Source: an uncultured Verrucomicrobiae bacterium (GTDB lineage Bacteria; Verrucomicrobiota; Verrucomicrobiia; Chthoniobacterales; JAFAMB01). Taken from it: a DNA stretch of 64,000 nucleotides. How positions within the stretch are numbered: position 1 is the stretch's first letter; each line of letters starts with the position of its first letter. The stretch spans positions 736,001-800,000 of the forward strand of contig CAWIPH010000002.1 of the NCBI GenBank assembly GCA_963837955.1, written 5' to 3'. Under the pieces are notes generated by a model that ran no database searches, was not told the origin of the DNA, and saw nothing but the letters and a program-made list of their open reading frames with translations. This document shows positions 48,934 to 58,531 of the stretch, in pieces. A program made the position numbers and the translations under genes.

Positions 48934-49765
48934 GCAAGTTGTGGGTGTCGTTGGCGCAACCGGGCGAGGGGAGATCTCACGACGAATGTTTTCCGAGCGA
49001 GCCTTCTTCGGCGTCTCAGCGCTGCTCTTCGCCGCCAGCGCGGCGGTGACGATCGTCTGGTGCGCGTCCATGTCGGCGATGGGTGAGATGCCGATGCCCG
49101 GCGGCTGGACGATGTCGATGGCATGGATGCGGATGCCCGGACAGACGTGGCCCGGCGTCGCGGCGTCGTTCCTCGGCATGTGGGTCGTGATGATGGTAGC
49201 GATGATGCTGCCATCCTTGGTGCCAATGCTGTGGCGCTACCGCGAGGCCGTCGGCAGGACAGGCGAGACGCGCCTGGGTCTGCTGACCGCGCTGGTGGTC
49301 GCGGGATATTTCTTCGTGTGGACCGCATTCGGAATGGCCGCCTTTCCCCTGGGCGTCGCGTTGGCGGCGGTCGAGATGCAGCTGCCGGCGCTGGCGCGCG
49401 CAGTTCCGATCGCGATCGGTGCGGTCGTCCTGATCGCCGGCGCCCTCCAGTTCACCGCGTGGAAGGCACATCACCTTGCCTGCTGCCGGGAGGCACCGGG
49501 GCGCGGCCGTACGTTGCCGCCGGACACCGGAACAGCTTGGCGACACGGCCTGCGCCTTGGCCTGCACTGTAGCTGCTGCTGTGCCGGCCTGACGGCGATT
49601 CTCCTCGTCATCGGTGTCATGGACTTGCGCACGATGGCTGTCGTAGCGGCAGCCATCACCGTCGAACGTCTCGCACCGGCCGGTGAGCGCCTCGCGCGAG
49701 CCATCGGAGTCGTCATCGTCGGGTCCGGGTTGTTCCTGATCGCGCGAGCAGCCGGGCTCGGATGA
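48911..49765 (+). CDS. DUF2182 predicted metal-binding membrane protein
   Basis: Met-rich MPMPGGWTMSMAWM, WVVMMVAMMLPS, QFTAWK...CC, GLHCSCCC. Confidence 0.85.
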   Translation: MTSMTSAEQVVGVVGATGRGEISRRMFSERAFFGVSALLFAASAAVTIVWCASMSAMGEMPMPGGWTMSMAWMRMPGQTWPGVAASFLGMWVVMMVAMMLPSLVPMLWRYREAVGRTGETRLGLLTALVVAGYFFVWTAFGMAAFPLGVALAAVEMQLPALARAVPIAIGAVVLIAGALQFTAWKAHHLACCREAPGRGRTLPPDTGTAWRHGLRLGLHCSCCCAGLTAILLVIGVMDLRTMAVVAAAITVERLAPAGERLARAIGVVIVGSGLFLIARAAGLG

Positions 49766-50011
49766 CGCATCCCGCGTGGTGCGCCTGAACTTCGCCCACC
49801 GTGCGAGCCTGGGATCATAAGGCCGCAATTAGCAAGTCTTTGATTGCTCTGGTTGGACGCGGGTTCGCCGACCGGTCGGACATCGCCTTGCAACGTTTCA
49901 ACCTCCAGTCTTGGTCTGAGATCGGATAACGGATGCCCAAATAGCAGCCCCAGTTTCTTCTTCGAAGAGATATATCGCTGGAGGCGCCGCTGCGTGGTCA
50001 CGCTCACTCGA

Positions 50012-52159
50012 TCAAGAGTACGATTTGGTAGGCTGTACCGCCATCACCCTGACCTCGTCAGTCATAATCAGCCCTTCTTCGCAGACCAAAGCGATTCCAC
50101 CGTCGAGCAGCGCTATGTCGGGATCGTTATAGCGAATCAATTCAGTTCCATTGATCGAACCGATGAACCTGTCTCCGTTCACTTCGAGGTTAAAATCGAA
50201 CCGCTGCGACCAGTTCCACTTGTACGGAATCTCTGCCAACACCTGGACTCCATCGTAGTTTCGGACCAGTTGCAACACCTGATTCGGTCCAAGGAGGAGG
50301 GCATAATATCGGGTCAGACCTTGGACCCGGGCGGCTAGCCCGAAGGACTTGGCTGGATCTGAGATGATCGCAGCATGCACCGTGTAATTCTGCCAGTCGC
50401 GTGATCCTTGAATGAATAAGCCGGTGCCGCGGTTCTGGGATAAATGGAAGGCGGATGCCCATCGTGTACCCACGTGATCAACCGCATTGATCCAAGCTCG
50501 CAGCCACATTTTCCCGCTGTTATCCGGACGTCGAAACACTGTGGTAGGAGTTCCAGACCAATCGATGTAGTCGATATACAACTGGCCATTGGCGGTGCTG
50601 TCCGAACTAACCTCGAGCCCAAACTGGGCGACGGATGCGCCGTTCAGATCCTCAATTTGCCATTGGAAATCTTGGGCGATACCGGGATTGAGCGTTAACG
50701 CGGATCCGTGGTGATAGTAAAGTTCGTCGTTAGTTCCATAGTAGGCGACGAACGGGGCGACCCGAACCGGTGCAGAATTGTCGACGCCGGCGATAAGCCG
50801 TCCTTTAACGATATTGCCTGTGTAAAGCGTTGGGCATGCCATTAGCGAGTAGTGACTGGCATCTTTTGAATCAGGCGGGATGAAGGTCGGAGTGGAGATC
50901 CTGACCGGTTCGTCGCCCGGCAAAAATTTGAAATCAAGGACGAGGCAACGTTTATCGGTAGAGGTTTCGGGGTCGCGTCCTCCTTCGCTAAAGCTACGGA
51001 GGACAAGCGTGGTGCCCACCCCAGGGGTGCCCGGCTCAACCTGGAATCCTTGGAGTGAGCCCGGGAGCGCGAAATGAAAACGGGCGCCATCTTTCGGTAT
51101 CGGTACGGGCGGCGCTTGTCCTAGCTGGTGTGCCACTCGGCAAATCTCGTAGGTCTCACGGACTGCGTCAGTGATACAACGGCCGCCGTCGGCCGTAGAA
51201 AGATAAAGCCGGTCAGCAACGGGTGTCCGGAGCTTTGGGTCGATGGCAGACAAACCGTTTTTTATCCCCATGAGACAACCGACATTGCCAGAGTTACAGT
51301 CGGTGTCCCAACCGGCTGTGTTAGCGACCATGAGAGCACGGCTAAAGTCGTCCTCAGAGTAAAGTAGGCTGAGAATGATGATGGCGTGATTCGGTATGGT
51401 GTGACAGTTCCCTGGGAATTTATCGTATCCGTATTTTTGCTCGATCCGGTCCCGGGTCACCTGCCAATTTCCATCTGTCCGATACCAATTGCGGATATCG
51501 TTGACCAGCTGTGTGATTAGGCAATCCGGAGGAAGATAGGAGAGCCCGGTCTCCATGAGCTGATCGATCCGTTGTTCGGTGAACGCTTGTGCTTCCATTG
51601 CTGCCACAAGTTGAGCGGCATATATCGCTTCACCGTCATGACTCACCGAGGCCGCTTTTCGGGCCAGTGCTACCGCCAGCGCAGGGTTACCAGGAGCAAC
51701 CAACGCCCAGCCGTCGATAAAGATTTGGGCGCCGATCTGTTCCGCCACGGTTTTGCCGTTGGTAGCAATGGCGCCGCTCATCGGCGCCGGAATTCCGTTC
51801 TTCAATCGGAGAAACGCGGTGTGCTCCGTTGAATTCCCTATGCCGCCCCACCAGAGAATACTTCGGTCTTCGACGATGTAATTCAGCCACGTTAATCCTA
51901 TTTGCGCCGGTGTTAGGTCCGCGGTACCTCCGTGATCGGGTAAGGCGCGTAGGAAGGTGAATGTGCCCGATATATCATCATCGGCGACTATCAAAGGCAC
52001 ACCGAACCGCTCGTGCACATAATCCCAGATTTCGCCTAGTTCTGATAAAATCCGGTGATGGGTCCAGCCTTCAAAAGGGCGCCCCAGATAAACACCAATG
52101 ATTTTGCCGAGCACACCGGCATAGACGCGTTCGAGGTAATCGGTGGGAGTAGACATCAT
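50012..52159 (-). CDS. ADP-ribosylglycohydrolase family protein with C-terminal beta-sandwich domain(s)
   Basis: YLERVYAGVLGKIIGVYLGRPFEG, ADDDISG, IGAQIFID, SHDGE, GWDTDCNSGNVG. Start MMSTP; the ORF-track extension overlaps the permease. Confidence 0.88.
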   Translation of the reverse strand: MMSTPTDYLERVYAGVLGKIIGVYLGRPFEGWTHHRILSELGEIWDYVHERFGVPLIVADDDISGTFTFLRALPDHGGTADLTPAQIGLTWLNYIVEDRSILWWGGIGNSTEHTAFLRLKNGIPAPMSGAIATNGKTVAEQIGAQIFIDGWALVAPGNPALAVALARKAASVSHDGEAIYAAQLVAAMEAQAFTEQRIDQLMETGLSYLPPDCLITQLVNDIRNWYRTDGNWQVTRDRIEQKYGYDKFPGNCHTIPNHAIIILSLLYSEDDFSRALMVANTAGWDTDCNSGNVGCLMGIKNGLSAIDPKLRTPVADRLYLSTADGGRCITDAVRETYEICRVAHQLGQAPPVPIPKDGARFHFALPGSLQGFQVEPGTPGVGTTLVLRSFSEGGRDPETSTDKRCLVLDFKFLPGDEPVRISTPTFIPPDSKDASHYSLMACPTLYTGNIVKGRLIAGVDNSAPVRVAPFVAYYGTNDELYYHHGSALTLNPGIAQDFQWQIEDLNGASVAQFGLEVSSDSTANGQLYIDYIDWSGTPTTVFRRPDNSGKMWLRAWINAVDHVGTRWASAFHLSQNRGTGLFIQGSRDWQNYTVHAAIISDPAKSFGLAARVQGLTRYYALLLGPNQVLQLVRNYDGVQVLAEIPYKWNWSQRFDFNLEVNGDRFIGSINGTELIRYNDPDIALLDGGIALVCEEGLIMTDEVRVMAVQPTKSYS

Positions 52160-52223
52160 TTTTTCTATCCTCTTGTTTGAAACTGACATAAGGCGCTTAA
52201 ATCCAGATCCCGAAGATGAAACG

Positions 52224-52349
52224 ATCCGCGGATTACACAGATTTGAGTCCCTTCTTAAGGCAACCTTCGTGGGTAACTGATAACGATAGAGTTGGCCTAG
52301 AGGGTGAGGGTTGCTCAAGGAATTCACGAAATCTGTGTAATTTGTGGAT
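52224..52349. repeat. Intergenic inverted repeat
   Basis: ATCCGCGGATTACACAGATTT ... AAATCTGTGTAATTTGTGGAT (18/21 match). Confidence 0.75.
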
Positions 52350-52374
52350 CGTATGCATTTCAGGAATCTGCGGT

Positions 52375-53208
52375 TCAGCCTTTCACCGAGCCAGTCGCCA
52401 TGCCTTGGATGAAGCGGCGTTGCATTAGCAGGAATAAACCAACGGCCGGAGCGACGATGAGGATCGCGGCGGCCATGATCTCGCCCCAATCGCTGCTGTA
52501 TTGGCCGCCGAGCGTATAGAAGCGCACCACGGCGGTTTGTTGATCGTGGCTCTGCAGGAACGTCGACGAGATCAGGAATTCGTTCCAGATGTTGAGGCCT
52601 GAAATCAAAGCCACCGTCAGAATACCGGGAGAGACCAGCGGCAGAAGCACATTGTAAAAGACCTGCCAACGGTTAGCGCCGTCGATGACGGCCGCTTCCT
52701 CGAGTTCCTTGGGGATCGCCAGAAAGTAAGTGCGCAGCAGAAAGATGGCGAACGGGCTGAAGACCGCGGTATAGACGAAGGATAAGGCGAACACATTGTC
52801 GATTAGTCCGAGATGCGCAAAGCCGAAATAGAGCGGGAAAAGATAGAGCTGGATCGGCAGTGTCGTCGTGCCGAGCAGATAGGCGCTGATCCAGCGCACT
52901 CCGGGCACGGTCCGACGCGCCAGCGCATAAGCCGCCATTGAGCAAGTCGAGCAAATCAGTATGACAGCCAAACCGGTCGTCTCTGCGCTATTCAGCAACG
53001 ACCGCCCCAATTGGGCGTCCGTCCAGGCGCGCGAGAAATTGCTCCATTGCAGAACGCTTGGTAGGGCGAGTGGATTGGCAACGATCTCCGTGCTTTTCTT
53101 TAGCGAGCTGATGATCATTAAGGAGAGCGGAAACAATGCGATGACGGCCGCGACCGCCAGAATGAAGTAAGAAATGAAGATCGTGCCGCGCCCGAGAGTC
53201 TGGTTCAT
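52375..53208 (-). CDS. Carbohydrate ABC permease (CUT1, MalG-like)
   Basis: EAA motif IPKELEEAAVIDGA, WNEFL, QRRFIQGMATGSVKG. Confidence 0.93.
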   Translation of the reverse strand: MNQTLGRGTIFISYFILAVAAVIALFPLSLMIISSLKKSTEIVANPLALPSVLQWSNFSRAWTDAQLGRSLLNSAETTGLAVILICSTCSMAAYALARRTVPGVRWISAYLLGTTTLPIQLYLFPLYFGFAHLGLIDNVFALSFVYTAVFSPFAIFLLRTYFLAIPKELEEAAVIDGANRWQVFYNVLLPLVSPGILTVALISGLNIWNEFLISSTFLQSHDQQTAVVRFYTLGGQYSSDWGEIMAAAILIVAPAVGLFLLMQRRFIQGMATGSVKG

Positions 53209-54107
53209 TAGATCCCTTCTCTCTGTTGAATTCGCACGTAGAAAAATGTCGCGATCAGGCCGAAGAAGCTAATCACCAGGGCAACGGCGGCGGCCGGCCC
53301 CATGGTGTAATTGTAGAACGCGTATCGATACGATAACGTCGAGAGCACTTCACTGGCATAGGCGGGGCCGCCTTGGGTCAGGACATAGACGAAATCGAAC
53401 GCGAGGAACGACCAGATGATCGTCATGATCATCATCAGCGTGATCGTCGGCCGGATCGCTGGAATTAGCACATAGCGCATCAATTGGAAAAAGCTGGCGC
53501 CGTCGATCACCGCCGCCTCGATCTGGGCGCGGTCGACCTGCCGAAAGGCAGCGAAGAAAATCACCGCGAGAAAACCCCACCAATGCCAGAGATCGACCGA
53601 TGCCACAGCATAGAGAGAGGTCGGCGGCTGAGTGAGCGGATCGGCGAGAGTAATTCCATAAAATTTGACCCAGCCGACGAGGCCTGATTCCGGATTGTAG
53701 ATCATGCCCTGCCAGACGCGCGCGACGACGACCGTGGCGATAATGACCGGCAGGAAATAGACGACCTGGAAAAACGTGCGTCCACGCCGCGCCACCAACA
53801 GCAGCGAGGCGGCGCCGAGGCCCATCGCGATCGGGATAGTGAGGAAGATCACCGTCCATTTGATGTTGTTGAAAAGCGCTGAAAAGAAAACGGGATCGGC
53901 GAAAATCGTGCGGAAATTGTCCAGACCGACAAAAGCCGGCGCGGAGGCTCCGTCCCATTCGAAGAAGGCCATCGCGATGGTAAGAAGCCCCGGGATTAAA
54001 ATGATCGCCACATTGATGGCGAGCGCGGGCAACAGAAATGGTAGCGGCGAATCAGCGAGACGAGTGACCCAACCGGGTAGGGCGCCAAAACGTCGAGGTA
54101 CAGCCAC
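53208..54107 (-). CDS. Carbohydrate ABC permease (CUT1, MalF-like)
   Basis: FVGLDNF, EAAVIDGAS, FDFVYVLTQGGP. Confidence 0.93.
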   Translation of the reverse strand: MAVPRRFGALPGWVTRLADSPLPFLLPALAINVAIILIPGLLTIAMAFFEWDGASAPAFVGLDNFRTIFADPVFFSALFNNIKWTVIFLTIPIAMGLGAASLLLVARRGRTFFQVVYFLPVIIATVVVARVWQGMIYNPESGLVGWVKFYGITLADPLTQPPTSLYAVASVDLWHWWGFLAVIFFAAFRQVDRAQIEAAVIDGASFFQLMRYVLIPAIRPTITLMMIMTIIWSFLAFDFVYVLTQGGPAYASEVLSTLSYRYAFYNYTMGPAAAVALVISFFGLIATFFYVRIQQREGI

Positions 54108-54118
54108 GGTGATCTGTT

Positions 54119-55459
54119 TCAGCGCGCCGCGGGAGGCGGCACCTTGCCCTCAGCCAATTCCTTCGCGAAGATTTCTTGCATCTTCGCCAGATAATCGGCG
54201 GTCGAAACCTGCCCCAGCCAAACCTGTTCGATGCCGTGGATGAGATAGTCCTCGGTCGCCGGCGGCCAGAAAGTCCAGGTCGTGTAACCGTAGTTTCCTT
54301 GCGCAACCGCTTTGGAAAACGCCGTGAAGGTCGCCGCGAAGATAGGCGATACGTTCTTGCTGAGTTTGGCTTCATCAGTTGAGGTCAGAGGCAGGTTCCA
54401 GTCGCCCGGCCAGTCCTTGCTGATGCGGTCATAAAACGCGTCGGAATAGAGATAGTCGAGAAAGGCGGCCGCCGCGTCGGGATTTGCCGAATCCTTATTG
54501 ATCGACATCGTACTGCCGGTGCCGATCGCGTAAATTGGATAGGGCAAACCGTCCCGCAGGGTGGGGAATGGGGCGACGCCCAGTTCTTGGCCAGTCTCTT
54601 TGAATGCGGCTACCATATTATCGAATGAGAACGTGCCGTTCGGGGCCATGCCTGCTTCCCCCTTGGCAAGGAGATGCGCTTGCTGATCGCCAGTGAGGGA
54701 GAAATAATTTTTGCCGAACCATCCCTTCTGGTACCAGTTCTTGAGTACATCGATCGCTTGCGCGAAGACCGGATCCGTCCATGGAATCTCGCCTTTTAGC
54801 GCCTTATAGATATTCTCCGGTCCGGCGCAATGATTGAGTACGACCGTGACATGCCATTCATTTGCGGCGCGCCAATCTCCGTTTCCCACTGAGAACGGAG
54901 TGATGTTCTTGGCCATCAGCGCTTCCCCGATGGTGTTTAGTTCTGCCATCGTTTTGGGCGGAGCCCAGCCATTCTTGTCGAACAAAGTCTTGTTGTAATA
55001 AAGCACCATCGTTTCGAACGTGCGCGGCAATGCGTAGTTGTGGCCATTGTATTCACCGGTCCTGAGCACAGGAGTCAGGATGCGTTTGTCCAGATTGTAT
55101 TTCTTGATGTAGTCGTCCAGCGGCAGCAGATGGCCGGATTGCACCAGCGCCAAGGTTGTGCTGGGCCCGGGGGTCATCACAATATCGGGACCCTTGCCCG
55201 AGATCACGGCCATGCGAATCTTTTTGTCGCCGGTTCCGCCGGCCAGAACGTCGAGTGTGAGCGGTGTTGTCGGATGCGCCGCATTAAACGGCGCAACCAA
55301 GTCTTTCTGCATGATTCGTTGCTGGTCCGGGTTTCCGCCGCGCTGATACCACAGCGTGATCGGCCCATCGGCCCGGGCGATCGTCGATAGGGTGGTAGCG
55401 GCAGTCAGTGCGGCGACGAGCGCCGTAAAACGTCCTCCTCTTTCGTTCATCGTTTTCAT
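54119..55459 (-). CDS. Carbohydrate ABC substrate-binding protein
   Basis: Signal peptide ending IARA; GPDIV, YALP...LYYNKTLF...PKT..EL. Confidence 0.9.
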   Translation of the reverse strand: MKTMNERGGRFTALVAALTAATTLSTIARADGPITLWYQRGGNPDQQRIMQKDLVAPFNAAHPTTPLTLDVLAGGTGDKKIRMAVISGKGPDIVMTPGPSTTLALVQSGHLLPLDDYIKKYNLDKRILTPVLRTGEYNGHNYALPRTFETMVLYYNKTLFDKNGWAPPKTMAELNTIGEALMAKNITPFSVGNGDWRAANEWHVTVVLNHCAGPENIYKALKGEIPWTDPVFAQAIDVLKNWYQKGWFGKNYFSLTGDQQAHLLAKGEAGMAPNGTFSFDNMVAAFKETGQELGVAPFPTLRDGLPYPIYAIGTGSTMSINKDSANPDAAAAFLDYLYSDAFYDRISKDWPGDWNLPLTSTDEAKLSKNVSPIFAATFTAFSKAVAQGNYGYTTWTFWPPATEDYLIHGIEQVWLGQVSTADYLAKMQEIFAKELAEGKVPPPAAR

Positions 55460-55482
55460 TTCGTTTATCGGTTTTTTCTTGA

Positions 55483-55569
55483 TAGGGACGAGCTCCTGCT
55501 CGTCCGGGCTTATCCCCAATTCGTTTTCCCCGTCGCGATCCCATCAGACGAGCAGGAGCTCGTCGCTAC
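55483..55569. repeat. REP-like doublet (two palindromic units in inverted orientation)
   Basis: GACGAGCTCCTGCTCGTC (55487-55504) and its exact reverse complement (55547-55564), followed by GCTAC. Confidence 0.8.
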
Positions 55570-55570
55570 G

Positions 55571-56596
55571 CTAGGCAGATTGACGTTTTACGACTTCGAA
55601 CGGCATCTGGCGCAGTCGCCCGGAGGCGTCATGCGGCAATTCATTGAGCCTTTCGAGCACCATGTCCGCGGCGACTCGCCCCAATTCGTATTGAAACTGG
55701 TTGATGGTAGAAAGCGGTGGGGTGACGAAGCGGGCGGCGAAAATATCGTCAAAACCCATCAATGCGATGTCCTCTGGAATGGTCAGCTCAGCTTCCCGGA
55801 CGGCGGTCATCGCGCCGAGCGCCATCAGATCATTACCGGCAAATATGGCTGTCGGGTGCGCGCCGGCGGCAAGGATATCTTTGGTTGCGCGGTAGCCACT
55901 CTCTTCATTGAAATCGCCGTGGCTCACCAGTTGCGGTTTGAGGCCAACTTCGTCGAGTGCTTGTAGATAGCCGCTGATCCGAACCCGCTCCGGTCCGCCG
56001 GTGCCGGCGATCATCGCAACGCGACGGTGGCCGCGCTCGATGAGGTATTGGGTAGCGGCTTTTGCGCCGTTCACGTTATCGACAAAGAGATTATCGAGGG
56101 GCCAGGGTCCGACTTTCTTCGGATTGGCTTCGATCCGAACCACGGCGATCTTCCGTTCGAGGAGTGGACGCAAATCGCGTGCTGTGACGTGAAAGAATAC
56201 GCCGATCACACCGTCCACTCTTCCTTCAAGAAGGCGCTCCAGGCACTTCCGTTCTTTAGCTGGAAGTCCATCGGTGTTGTAGATCAGCACGTCGTAACCG
56301 CGCACTTCCGCACTCTTCTGCGCGCCGCGCTCCAGGGCGGGGTAAAAAGGGTTGGTAATGTCCGGGACGATACAGGCGATAGTTTTGGTCTGCCGGGTGC
56401 GCAGACTTTGGGCCACTCGATTTGGGACATAGCCTAGCCTCTTGGCAGCCCGGAATACTTTGCGCTGTGTAACGCGTGGCACCGATGCGTCACTGATCCC
56501 ATTGAGAACCAAGGAGACAGTCGCTTGAGAAACCTGGGCGAGTTTAGCGATATCTTTCTGGGTGGGACGAGCGCTAATGAGGGGGGACGACATCAC
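55571..56596 (-). CDS. LacI-family transcriptional regulator
   Basis: TQKDIAKLAQVSQATVSLVLN, GYVPN..AQSL, MGFDDI, PPLSTI. Confidence 0.93.
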   Translation of the reverse strand: MMSSPLISARPTQKDIAKLAQVSQATVSLVLNGISDASVPRVTQRKVFRAAKRLGYVPNRVAQSLRTRQTKTIACIVPDITNPFYPALERGAQKSAEVRGYDVLIYNTDGLPAKERKCLERLLEGRVDGVIGVFFHVTARDLRPLLERKIAVVRIEANPKKVGPWPLDNLFVDNVNGAKAATQYLIERGHRRVAMIAGTGGPERVRISGYLQALDEVGLKPQLVSHGDFNEESGYRATKDILAAGAHPTAIFAGNDLMALGAMTAVREAELTIPEDIALMGFDDIFAARFVTPPLSTINQFQYELGRVAADMVLERLNELPHDASGRLRQMPFEVVKRQSA

Positions 56597-56634
56597 TAAT
56601 ACGAATTACTGATACGTATTAGTGCGTATGTCAA
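56596..56634 (-). promoter_or_regulatory. LacI-type operator pair plus -35 box
   Basis: CTAATACGAATTACTGATACGTATTAG (two TAATACGTATTA-like sites, outer 8 bp inverted); minus-strand TTGACA at 56629-56634. Confidence 0.7.
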
Positions 56635-56876
56635 GCGAACGAATGCCGATCGAGTCTCAAGTTCCGATCGGTGTGCCGCGTCCTTCATCCCAAACGAGCT
56701 AGGAATTGATTGCTGGTGATTACTTGGTGGGTCGGGTCGGCCAGCTCGAACCGCACCTTGTGTGGACCAAGTGTGAGGCCCACTGATATCTGCCCGGAGT
56801 CGAAACAGGAGAGCCTCTATCATCAAGGCTCTCCTGCTGCTTGACTAACAGTTAGCCAGCATTAGCCAAGATCACA

Positions 56877-58103
56877 TCATGACATCGAGCGCAGTGGTCT
56901 GAAGCCCGCGCGCACCTCTTCTGAAAGGAGTTTCGGCTGCTCCCACGCGGCGAAGTGAGCGCCTCTGTCGAGCTTGTGGTAATGGATGAGTTTGGGATAC
57001 GCCCGCTCTGCCCAACTCCGCGGGGCCGTATAGATCTCTTCGGGACAGGCAGTGACAGCTACGGGGATACCCACGTGCTTGGGGGCAAAAAAGGCAAGCT
57101 TGTTTTCCCAGTAGAGACGGGCCGAGGAAACCCCCGTGTTCGTCAACCAGTAGAGCGTGATGTTGTCGAGGATATCGTCTCGTGTGATCGCGCCGAAGGT
57201 CTCTCCGGCAAAAAGCTTTGCGATGTGATCGTAACTTTGCGCATCGTGATCGATCATCCACGCTGCCAGGCCGACAGGTGAATCAACAATCCCGTAAAGC
57301 GTCTGCGGGCGGTTTGCCATCTCCACGGCGTAGCCCAGGCCGTGCTTATAGAAGAAGGCGAGCTGATCGAATGCGTGTCTCTCCTCGGCGGAGAGACCTG
57401 ATGGCGCCGGCGCGCCGGTAAAAGCCGCCCCGTTAACGTCGTCTGGAACCACGCCAGCCATGTTGGTGTGAATGCCGAGCAACTCCGGAGCCGCTTGGAC
57501 ACCCATCAGGTCCACGATCACCGAGCCCCAATCGCCGCCTTGCGCCACAAATTTCGTGTATCCAATGCGCTTCATGAGCGTGACCCAGGCAGTTGCAATG
57601 CGCTCGGGGCCCCATCCAGTAGCCGTCGGCTTGCCTGAAAACCCGTACCCGGGCATCGATGGAATCACCAAGTGGAATGCATCCGATGCGCTCGCACCGT
57701 GTGCCGTGGGATTGGTCAGTGGATCGATAATCTTCAGCTGTTCGATCACCGAGCCGGGCCATCCGTGCGTCACGATGAGCGGCAAGGCATTTTCATGTTT
57801 CGAACGGACGTGAATGAAATGAATGTCCAACCCATCGATCTCGGTAATGAAATTCGGTAAGGAGTTCAGTTTCGCCTCCACCTTCCGCCAGTCGTAATCC
57901 GTCCCCCAATAGCGCGCGAGTGCCTGAGTCGCCGCGAGCTGCACGCCTTGCGTTGCATCCGCTACCAGTTCCCGTTCAGGCCACTTTGTCGCATTGATGC
58001 GCCTGCGCAATTCGGTAAGTTCAGCTTCAGGAAAATTCACGTGAAACGGACGAATAGCATCTGCCTGCTCGCTGCCTCGTTGTGTAGCACTTGTTTGGGT
58101 CAT
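56877..58103 (-). CDS. Epoxide hydrolase (EHN plus alpha/beta hydrolase)
   Basis: IRPFHV, YDWRK.E, THGWPGS, PGYGFS, QGGDWG, HFAAWEQP. Confidence 0.93.
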   Translation of the reverse strand: MTQTSATQRGSEQADAIRPFHVNFPEAELTELRRRINATKWPERELVADATQGVQLAATQALARYWGTDYDWRKVEAKLNSLPNFITEIDGLDIHFIHVRSKHENALPLIVTHGWPGSVIEQLKIIDPLTNPTAHGASASDAFHLVIPSMPGYGFSGKPTATGWGPERIATAWVTLMKRIGYTKFVAQGGDWGSVIVDLMGVQAAPELLGIHTNMAGVVPDDVNGAAFTGAPAPSGLSAEERHAFDQLAFFYKHGLGYAVEMANRPQTLYGIVDSPVGLAAWMIDHDAQSYDHIAKLFAGETFGAITRDDILDNITLYWLTNTGVSSARLYWENKLAFFAPKHVGIPVAVTACPEEIYTAPRSWAERAYPKLIHYHKLDRGAHFAAWEQPKLLSEEVRAGFRPLRSMS

Positions 58104-58423
58104 GGGGTCCTCCTTTTGAGTAGTTTTACATTTTGGTTTGTACTGCTCCTGTGTGGGCTGGTGCGGTTGTCAACTGCGGCCAAAAGGTCTTTTGGCAGCG
58201 CACATAATAACACCATTGGACCGCCTTGCTCAAATCAGAGTCTTTGCGTGATCTATGAATACTGAGACCGCTTCTCGGTCTGTTTCATCACCGCGAATGT
58301 GTTCACCACTGAGTGTACCGGGACATGCGTTACGTTGTGGACCTGAGACATCCGTTACAAGCCCCTTGCGGTGGCGATGGTTCGAATTGAGGGGGCAAGA
58401 GAAGACATATATCCAGTCGTCGA

Positions 58424-58531
58424 GGCCGTGGGAATGTGGGAATCCCGAAGGGATTTCCAAAGAGTGTGGGAAGGGTGGGAAGCCGGCTTCATGGCTTTCC
58501 ATGCTTTCCATACTCTGTCATTTCCATGGCC
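58424..58531 (+). ncRNA. Putative structured RNA/ssDNA motif (three-way junction) inside the IS481 end
   Basis: Three stems pair almost fully on the + strand; nearly all non-Watson-Crick positions are G-U. Confidence 0.45.

Noticed and set aside
45554..49828. Numerous long alternative-frame ORFs
   Set aside because: Expected shadows in GC-rich coding DNA; Arg/Ala/Pro-rich and without motifs.
52160..52669. N-terminal 170 aa of the 885-aa ORF
   Set aside because: Overlaps the permease gene and an intergenic palindrome; ARH similarity begins at MMSTPTDY.
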